Shown piece after piece: positions 57,838-64,000 of a stretch of 64,000 bases of DNA. The notes under the pieces are model-generated. The model was not told the DNA's origin, searched no databases, and worked only from the letters and a program-made list of their open reading frames with translations. The position numbers and the translations under genes are program-made. Position 1 is the stretch's first letter. Every line of letters starts with the position of its first letter. Source of the stretch: Alcanivorax sp. (lineage in GTDB: Bacteria > Pseudomonadota > Gammaproteobacteria > Pseudomonadales > Alcanivoracaceae); assembly GCF_040118815.1 (NCBI RefSeq), contig NZ_JBEDTC010000002.1, forward strand, positions 15,894 through 79,893, given 5' to 3'.

Positions 57838-58473
57838 GTGGCGGATTACATGCGCGACGAGGAAGAACAGGCAGAGCTGCTGAAGGAATGGTGGCAGAAG
57901 AACGGTACTGCCGCGATTATTACTGTGGTGCTGGCGGTGGCGGCCTTGATCGGCTGGCGCGAATGGCAAGGCCATCAGGGCGAGCAATCCTCTGAGGCGT
58001 CCAAGCAGTATCAGGTGATGGTAGAAGCGCTGACCGCACAGCAAGTGGATGAAGCGGCAGTGAACAAGCAAGCTGAAGCCCTGAAAGACGATTTCCCCGG
58101 CAGTGCCTATGCAGGCTATGCCAGCCTGGCCCAGGCCCGTTTGGCGGTGCAGGCGGGCGAGTACGATAAAGCCGCTTCCCTGCTGCAGGGCGTGGCTGAC
58201 GACGGCGCCACCGATGCACTGACCTACACCGCACGCCTGCGTCTGGTACGTGTGTTGTTGCAGCAGGAGGCCTACGACAAGGCTGCTGCCGAACTTGATC
58301 ACACTTTCCCGGCCGCCTTTAATGGCATGGCACTGGAACTGCGTGGCGATCTGGCGAAAGCCCGTGACGACCAGCAAGCCGCTACAGATGCCTATACCCA
58401 GGCGCTGGAAGCCCTGCAGGACAACGGTGAAAAAGACCGTGTGCAGATGAAACTGGATGACCTGAAGAGTTAA
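57838..58473 (+). CDS. YfgM family protein (TPR-like, SecYEG-ancillary)
   Basis: ...EEQAELLKEWWQKNG... followed by a TM helix. Conserved position between hisS and bamB. Confidence 0.8.
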   Translation: MADYMRDEEEQAELLKEWWQKNGTAAIITVVLAVAALIGWREWQGHQGEQSSEASKQYQVMVEALTAQQVDEAAVNKQAEALKDDFPGSAYAGYASLAQARLAVQAGEYDKAASLLQGVADDGATDALTYTARLRLVRVLLQQEAYDKAAAELDHTFPAAFNGMALELRGDLAKARDDQQAATDAYTQALEALQDNGEKDRVQMKLDDLKS

Positions 58474-59616
58474 ATGAAATATTTCCTTCTCCCCGTTGTA
58501 CTGGCCGGCATGCTGTTAGCCGGTTGTAGCTCCAACCCGAATGCTATTGAGCCTAATGACCTGCCGGATTTTGATGCCAGCTACAAGGTGAAGCGGCTCT
58601 GGAAAGAAGGTGTGGGCGACGGGGTGGAAGAAAGCCAGCTTACCCTGCGTCCGGCCGTCACCCAGCAACAGGTGTTTGCCGGTGATGTGTTTGGTGAGGT
58701 GTATGCCGTCAGCCGTGACAAGGGCAAGCGCCAATGGCGGGTAAAAACTGAAGACCGCATTGGCGGCGGGTTTTATGCCGGCTACGGCATGCTTCTCTAC
58801 GGTACCCGTGAAGGGATGGCCGTGGCACTGTCCATGGAGAGTGGAGAAGAGCTGTGGCGCACCCAGCTTTCCGGTGAATCTCTGGCGATTCCCAACAGTA
58901 ACGGCACCATCGCCGTGTTCCAGACCCAGGATGGCCATGTGACGGCGCTGGATGCCAATACGGGTGATCAGGTGTGGGATTATGAAACCCCGGTGCCCAC
59001 CCTGACCTTGCGTGGTTTGGCTCAGCCTGCCATTGCTGATGGCCGCGTCTACGCCGGTTTCGCCAATGCCAAACTGGCAGCCCTGGATGCCGATACCGGT
59101 GTGCCGGCCTGGGAGCAGCGTATTGCTGAGCCCACCGGGCGCTCCGAGCTGGATCGCCTGACCGATGTGGATGGCAACATGATTGTGGAAGGTGGCGGCG
59201 TCTTTGCCGTGGCGTTTCAGGGCAAGCTGGCCGTGGCGGACCAGATCAATGGTCGCCAGTACTGGGGCAAGGAAATGTCCAGTGCCCAGGTGATCAGCGC
59301 CAGTGGTGGACGTGTGTTTGTGGCCGATGACCGCGGTGTGGTGCGCTCTGTAGACCAGCGTACCGGCAGTGTGCTCTGGCAGCAGGACAAGCTATATGGT
59401 CGTCGCCTGACCGGCACCGCAGTGCAGGGTGACCTGATGGTAGTGGGCGACTTTGAGGGTTACTTGCATTGGATGGATGCGGATGACGGCACCTTGGTGG
59501 CGCGCAAGCGGCATGACTGGGATGGCTTCGCGGGCACCCCGGTCAGCTATGAAGATACCCTTTATGTATTGAGTTACGACGGTAAGCTGGCGGCTTACAC
59601 GGTGCGGCCAAAATAG
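58474..59616 (+). CDS. bamB: outer membrane protein assembly factor BamB
   Basis: Lipobox LLAGC and PQQ-like beta-propeller repeats. Confidence 0.9.
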   Translation: MKYFLLPVVLAGMLLAGCSSNPNAIEPNDLPDFDASYKVKRLWKEGVGDGVEESQLTLRPAVTQQQVFAGDVFGEVYAVSRDKGKRQWRVKTEDRIGGGFYAGYGMLLYGTREGMAVALSMESGEELWRTQLSGESLAIPNSNGTIAVFQTQDGHVTALDANTGDQVWDYETPVPTLTLRGLAQPAIADGRVYAGFANAKLAALDADTGVPAWEQRIAEPTGRSELDRLTDVDGNMIVEGGGVFAVAFQGKLAVADQINGRQYWGKEMSSAQVISASGGRVFVADDRGVVRSVDQRTGSVLWQQDKLYGRRLTGTAVQGDLMVVGDFEGYLHWMDADDGTLVARKRHDWDGFAGTPVSYEDTLYVLSYDGKLAAYTVRPK

Positions 59617-59639
59617 CCGGTCTGCTTTCTCGATACCTG

Positions 59640-59667
59640 AAAAATCTGCGCTCCGCGCAGATTTTTT
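59640..59667 (+). terminator. rho-independent terminator after bamB
   Basis: AAAAATCTGCGC-tcc-GCGCAGATTTTTT. Confidence 0.88.
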
Positions 59668-59718
59668 CGTTTGAATCCCCCTTTGGCGTTACCATAGCGC
59701 CGTTGAAACCTCGTTGAG

Positions 59719-61134
59719 ATGACTATGAAGCCGGTAATCGCCCTGGTGGGGCGGCCCAATGTGGGCAAATCCACACTCTTCAACCGACTGACCCGTACCC
59801 GGGATGCCCTGGTGGCCGACTTTCCGGGGCTTACCCGTGACCGTAAATACGGGGATGGCCAGCTGGGCGGCTATTTGTACACGGTGGTGGATACCGGCGG
59901 TATTGGCGAGAACGATGACGGCATTGATGCGCCGATGACCAGCCAGTCCCTGCAGGCTCTGGGCGAAGCCGATGTGGTGCTGTTCATGGTGGATGGTCGC
60001 GCCGGCCTGACCGCCGCCGATGAGCAGATCGCCAGCGACCTGCGCAAGCTTCCCAAACCCACCTACTTGATCGTCAATAAGACTGACGGTATCGATGAAG
60101 ACTCGGCAATGTCTGAGTTTTTTGCGCTGGGGCTCACCGAGGTGCTGCCAATCGCAGCGGCCCATGGGCGCGGCGTCACCAGCATGATTGAGCACATTTT
60201 GGCCGCGTTCCCGGATCTGGAGCTGTTGCCGGAAGGCGAGCACCGGACCTCCAAGAAACCCGGTGAAGACAGTATCCGCGTGGCGGTACTGGGGCGCCCG
60301 AATGTGGGCAAGTCCACCCTGATTAACCGCATGCTCGGTGAAGAGCGGGTGGTGGTGTTCGACCAGGCCGGCACGACGCGCGATTCTATCGATGTACCTT
60401 TCGAGCGGATGGGGCGGGCCTATACCTTGGTCGATACGGCGGGGGTGCGCCGGCGCGGCAAGGTCTTTGAGACGGTCGAGAAGTTCTCTGTCATCAAGGC
60501 GCTGCAGGCCATGGAAGCGGCCCAGGTGGTGGTGGTGGTCATCGATGCCCGCGAAGGCATTACCGATCAGGACCTGCACTTGCTGGGCTACGCACTGGAT
60601 AGTGGCCGGGCCCTGATGATTGCTGTGAACAAGTGGGATGGCCTGGAGGCGGACCATAAAGAACGCGTGCGGGTGAACCTGGGTCGGAGACTCGAATTCG
60701 CCCCCTGGGTGAAGATCAAGTTTATTTCTGCGCTGCATGGCACCGGGGTGGGGGATCTCTGGGGCATGGTGGAGCAGGCGTGGGACAGTGCCTTTATCAA
60801 GATCGGCACCAACGAGCTGACCCGCATGATGGAAGAAATCACCAACGGTCATCCGCCGCCCCGCAATGGGCGGTTCCGTGCGAAATTGCGTTATGCTCAC
60901 TTGGGCGGTAACAACCCGCCGACGCTGGTGCTGCATGGCAACCGCACGGAAGCCCTGCCGGCCAGCTACAAGAAGTTTCTGGAGAATCGGTTCCGTGAGC
61001 TGCTGAAACTGGAAGGCACGCCGATTCGCCTGGAATTCAAGTCCGGTACGAATCCGTATGAAGGGCGCAAGAATGTGCTCACCGATCGACAAGTGCACAA
61101 GCGCAAACGGATGATCAAGCGAATGAAAAAATAA
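59719..61134 (+). CDS. der: ribosome biogenesis GTPase Der (EngA)
   Basis: Two G domains ([14 protein letters not shown] and [14 protein letters not shown]) and a KH-like C-terminus. Confidence 0.96.
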   Translation: MTMKPVIALVGRPNVGKSTLFNRLTRTRDALVADFPGLTRDRKYGDGQLGGYLYTVVDTGGIGENDDGIDAPMTSQSLQALGEADVVLFMVDGRAGLTAADEQIASDLRKLPKPTYLIVNKTDGIDEDSAMSEFFALGLTEVLPIAAAHGRGVTSMIEHILAAFPDLELLPEGEHRTSKKPGEDSIRVAVLGRPNVGKSTLINRMLGEERVVVFDQAGTTRDSIDVPFERMGRAYTLVDTAGVRRRGKVFETVEKFSVIKALQAMEAAQVVVVVIDAREGITDQDLHLLGYALDSGRALMIAVNKWDGLEADHKERVRVNLGRRLEFAPWVKIKFISALHGTGVGDLWGMVEQAWDSAFIKIGTNELTRMMEEITNGHPPPRNGRFRAKLRYAHLGGNNPPTLVLHGNRTEALPASYKKFLENRFRELLKLEGTPIRLEFKSGTNPYEGRKNVLTDRQVHKRKRMIKRMKK

Positions 61135-61227
61135 TTTGCGCCGGGCCAGGAAGGGAGCCGGAGCAGGCAACACGGAGGGTGCGTTATCAAACGCTGGGGG
61201 TATTGGGGGATAACCGGTTGGTTAGGC

Positions 61228-63303
61228 GTGTTTTGCGTTTCCGCGCAGGCCATCGAGCCGATGATGGAACCGGCCCAGCAGCCTGCCATGGTGCTTACCC
61301 CTGCTCGTGTCAGTCAGCCTCAATCTGAGGCGCCTGCCAGTGTCACGGTCATTGACCGCACGCTGATCGAAGCCAGCGGGGCCCGCGAGCTTTACGAAGT
61401 GCTGAAGCTGGTTCCGGGCATGGCGGCGGTGAAGGTGGACGGCAATGTCCCTTCGGTGGCCTATCACCCCACCCAGGCTCGCGATCAGCGGCGCATGTTG
61501 GTGCTGCTCGATGGTCGTAGCCAGTATCAACCGGGCCTGTCCCGGGTGAGCTGGAACGACATGCCGGTGGATATCCGGGATGTGGAGCGCATCGAAGTTA
61601 CCCGTGGCCCGGCGGCGGCGGCCTACGGGGCCAACGCCTTTACCGCCGTGATCAATATCATTACCCGTGATCCGCGGGATATCAGCAAGAGCGGTGTAAC
61701 CGTGCAGGGCGGCAATAACGGTATCCGCGATGCGCATTTGGTTGGTGTTCACCAACTGGAAAACGGGGCGGTAAGAGCCTCTGTGTCGCGCCGGGCGGAT
61801 AACGGCTATGACGAGCCCTTCGAAGGTGAAACCCTGCCGGATACCAAGCGCATCGACACGCTTAATACCGAGTGGGTTTGGGAAGCGGATGCCCGCAATA
61901 CGCTCACGGTGCAGGCCGGTGGTAGCCGCAGCCGACTGGGGCGCCAGCAGGAACCTGGCGTTGCCGATCTTGGCGACTACCAGGGCGAGCCGATGCAAAA
62001 AGGCGAGCGGGCATTTGTGTCGTTGCAGTGGCAGCACAATTTCAGCCGGACTCATCAGCTACAGGTTCATACCTACGGCCAATACAATCAGGAAGTCACT
62101 GACTTTGATGTTTGTTATCGGGACCCCGTGACCGGCCAGCCCGGGCCGGGGGGCGGTTTGTTCTTCAGTCAGGAATTGCGTGACCTGTATCTGCTCAATA
62201 GCAGTGACATAGACAGCACCTTTGCGGCCTTTCCAGCGGATGCCGATGCCACTAACCGTTATCTGATGCTGCAAAGCGCTGGCGCGCCTTTTTGTGCCGG
62301 CAGCGAGCTGGATGTGCAGGAAATCCGCTACGACCTGGAAGTTCAGGACACCCTGCAACTGACTCGCTGGGCGCGGTTAGTCAGTGGCGCCGAAATCCGC
62401 CATGACCGGGTGCAGTCCGACAGTTATCTGGGCGGCACGGAAGACAATGTCAGCTACCGGTTTTTTGGCAATCTGGCGCTGGATGTTCTTGAACCCGTTA
62501 CGGTAAATCTGGGCGGCTATTGGGAGCGGGACCAGATCAGTGGTAATCATTTCAGCCCCCGAGCTGGCGTGAACTGGCGGGTGCTGCCGGGCCATCATCT
62601 TCGCTATGTGTATTCCGAAGCGCTGCGAACGCCGGATATCTATGAGGAGCGCGCCAATATCAACATTCAGGCGCAAACCTTGTCACCACCGTTCGCTAGT
62701 AATACCCAGGCGTTGCTGGGCTGGGCTCCGGCGTATTTTTTTGTGACCCAGCAAAGCCCCGGTACCTTCGAGCCGGAGCGTATCCGCTCCTGGGAGGCTG
62801 GCTACTACGGGCAGTTTTCTGCGGTAGAACTGGATGTGCGCTATTTTCAGGAAACCCTGACGAACCTGTTGAGCACGGCCCTGAATCCGTTTGAATTTGA
62901 GCCTAGCAATGAGGGGTGGGTGAACCATCAGGGCACAGAAACCCAGCTCTCCTGGCGGCCGAATGAGTCGCATTTGTTGCGTGTGACCGGCGCGCACATT
63001 CACACCAGGACGAATGTAAAAACCGAGCGCCGTTTTGCCGCCCGGGATTCCGGTAGCGCCCTGTGGTCCTGGCAGTTCAGCCGCCATTGGGCATTTTCAT
63101 CCGCGTATTATCTGTCCAATGATTATAACGACAACGTTTTTGAGCGTGCGGACGTGCAGTTTCGTTTTCGACACCGTGCCGGCCCCACGGAGCTGGAGTG
63201 GCGGGCGGTTGTTCAGCATGGCCTGAATAACGACCCGATGGTTTTTGCAGAGAATCATTACCAGCAAGACCGTATGTGGCTGGGTGTGACGGTGAGGATG
63301 TAG
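61228..63303 (+). CDS. TonB-dependent receptor (start codon uncertain)
   Basis: Plug domain (…VTVIDRTLIE…RIEVTRGPAAAAYGANAF…) plus a beta-barrel. The track's GTG at 61228 leaves only 'VFCVSAQA' before the likely signal-peptidase site. The frame is open from 61135. See findings. Confidence 0.85.
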   Translation: MFCVSAQAIEPMMEPAQQPAMVLTPARVSQPQSEAPASVTVIDRTLIEASGARELYEVLKLVPGMAAVKVDGNVPSVAYHPTQARDQRRMLVLLDGRSQYQPGLSRVSWNDMPVDIRDVERIEVTRGPAAAAYGANAFTAVINIITRDPRDISKSGVTVQGGNNGIRDAHLVGVHQLENGAVRASVSRRADNGYDEPFEGETLPDTKRIDTLNTEWVWEADARNTLTVQAGGSRSRLGRQQEPGVADLGDYQGEPMQKGERAFVSLQWQHNFSRTHQLQVHTYGQYNQEVTDFDVCYRDPVTGQPGPGGGLFFSQELRDLYLLNSSDIDSTFAAFPADADATNRYLMLQSAGAPFCAGSELDVQEIRYDLEVQDTLQLTRWARLVSGAEIRHDRVQSDSYLGGTEDNVSYRFFGNLALDVLEPVTVNLGGYWERDQISGNHFSPRAGVNWRVLPGHHLRYVYSEALRTPDIYEERANINIQAQTLSPPFASNTQALLGWAPAYFFVTQQSPGTFEPERIRSWEAGYYGQFSAVELDVRYFQETLTNLLSTALNPFEFEPSNEGWVNHQGTETQLSWRPNESHLLRVTGAHIHTRTNVKTERRFAARDSGSALWSWQFSRHWAFSSAYYLSNDYNDNVFERADVQFRFRHRAGPTELEWRAVVQHGLNNDPMVFAENHYQQDRMWLGVTVRM

Positions 63304-63307
63304 CCGG

Positions 63308-64000
63308 ATGCGGAGCAGGCATGGACGCGTACTGGTATTTCTTTTGCTGTTGGCAACGGCCGGTGGTGCGTTGTCTGCGCCGGTGCAAAGGATCCACGTG
63401 CTGGCCGAGCCGAGCCCTTTCAAAGATGTGTTTGTGCTTTCGTTGGCGCAGGACTTGCCGGCGAGTCTGCGTGTGGTTGATGAGTCCGACGCGGCGGATG
63501 TGCTGGTCGCCCTCGGCGATGCCGCTTTTACCCGCGCCATGGCCCATGGCAAACCGTTGTTGGGAGTCCATGTTAGTCGCGCCTTAAGCGAAAAGGCCGT
63601 GCGCGGGGGCTGCCAATGTGCGGCTATCTGGGCGGGCGTCAGCCTGGTGAATCAGGTGCAGCTGGTGCATGCCATGATGCCTCTGGCTCGCCGGGTTGGA
63701 GTGGTGCTGGGCACGGACAGCGTTTGGTCTGCAGAGGAGGTGCGGGGTTTTCAAGGGCCGATCAAACTGGAATTGCTGCCGGTCAAGAATGCCCGAGACC
63801 TGGGCGACACCCTGCGCGAGAATCTCAATCATCTTGATGCCATTGTGCTTCCCGTGGACGACGCCCTGCTGGGGCCAGATGCTGCCAAACTGGTGTTGCT
63901 GACCAGTTATCGCCAGCGCCGCCCAGTGTTTGGCCCGGACCTGACGTTTGTGAATGCGGGCAGCGTGGCATCATATTATGCCAGCGGTAGCGACCTGGTC
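63308..64000 (+). CDS. periplasmic ABC-type substrate-binding-like protein (PF04392-like), 3' end outside window
   Basis: ATG at 63308 lies 4 nt after the TBDR stop. 231 codons are open to the window edge, so the ORF is not in the track. Signal peptide MRSRHGRVLVFLLLLATAGGALSA. ...VVLGTDSVWSAEE...LDAIVLPVDDAL...SYRQRRPVFGPD...GSVASYY resembles the ABC_sub_bind family. Confidence 0.65.
   Translation, partial: MRSRHGRVLVFLLLLATAGGALSAPVQRIHVLAEPSPFKDVFVLSLAQDLPASLRVVDESDAADVLVALGDAAFTRAMAHGKPLLGVHVSRALSEKAVRGGCQCAAIWAGVSLVNQVQLVHAMMPLARRVGVVLGTDSVWSAEEVRGFQGPIKLELLPVKNARDLGDTLRENLNHLDAIVLPVDDALLGPDAAKLVLLTSYRQRRPVFGPDLTFVNAGSVASYYASGSDLV

Noticed and set aside
59689-61173. 494-aa ORF antisense to der. 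Similar long shadow ORFs occur at 48175..49461(+), 13537..14391(-), 16635..17465(-), 61222..62055(-), 53819..54520(-), 55198..55926(-), 54466..55182(-), 50091..50753(+), 50817..51515(+), 51713..52465(-), 20026..20742(+), 26126..26881(+), 27704..28303(+), 34281..35006(+) and 18083..18778(+).
   Set aside because: Each lies entirely opposite a gene with unmistakable family motifs. Their translations are Arg/Gly/His/Gln/Pro-rich with no recognisable domains. Long antisense ORFs are expected in GC-rich DNA.
61135-61230. Fur box or other iron-regulatory site upstream of the TonB-dependent receptor.
   Set aside because: Nothing resembling GATAATGATAATCATTATC is visible in the 90-nt spacer after der.

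Overview
GC-rich gammaproteobacterial chromosome segment. The organism guess (gene content and order resemble Pseudomonas or marine Oceanospirillales such as Alcanivorax) is inference only. About 65 protein genes, one tRNA and one riboswitch can be supported. Content is mostly core metabolism. (1) An aa3-type cytochrome c oxidase locus: coxB-coxA-ctaG-coxC on the + strand, and SURF1, an SCO-like gene, ctaA and cyoE on the - strand. (2) rapA plus a carboxylesterase. (3) A small accessory block: MmyB-like regulator, membrane proteins, two Cys-rich mini-proteins, an alpha/beta hydrolase and a GST. (4) A six-gene minus-strand operon (ABC transporter, two DUF1989 genes, 'urea carboxylase') preceded by a clear ykkC/guanidine-I riboswitch, so it is most likely a guanidine utilisation locus. 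(5) Two LemA modules, one with an M48 peptidase and one with two TPM genes. (6) fadD, an OMP gene and tRNA-Met. (7) iscR plus an IscS-like desulfurase facing a complete sufBCDS-sufA-sufT-sufE operon, with an orphan H-NOX (haem NO/O2 sensor) gene and a cluster of REP-like palindromes between them. (8) The conserved ndk-rlmN-pilW-rodZ-ispG-hisS-yfgM-bamB-der block, followed by a TonB-dependent receptor and an open-ended periplasmic binding-protein gene. I found no CRISPR array, transposase, integrase, prophage or recognisable defence island, and I cannot point to a convincing wholly new multi-gene system. The observations most worth follow-up are the riboswitch architecture (a 12-nt anti-SD inside an aptamer insertion), the orphan H-NOX between the two Fe-S loci, a shared IscR-like operator at both iscR and sufB, and a 600-bp ORF-poor gap inside the cox locus that carries a strong terminator and a possible 50-aa ORF. 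All family assignments come from reading the translations from memory. No searches were run.
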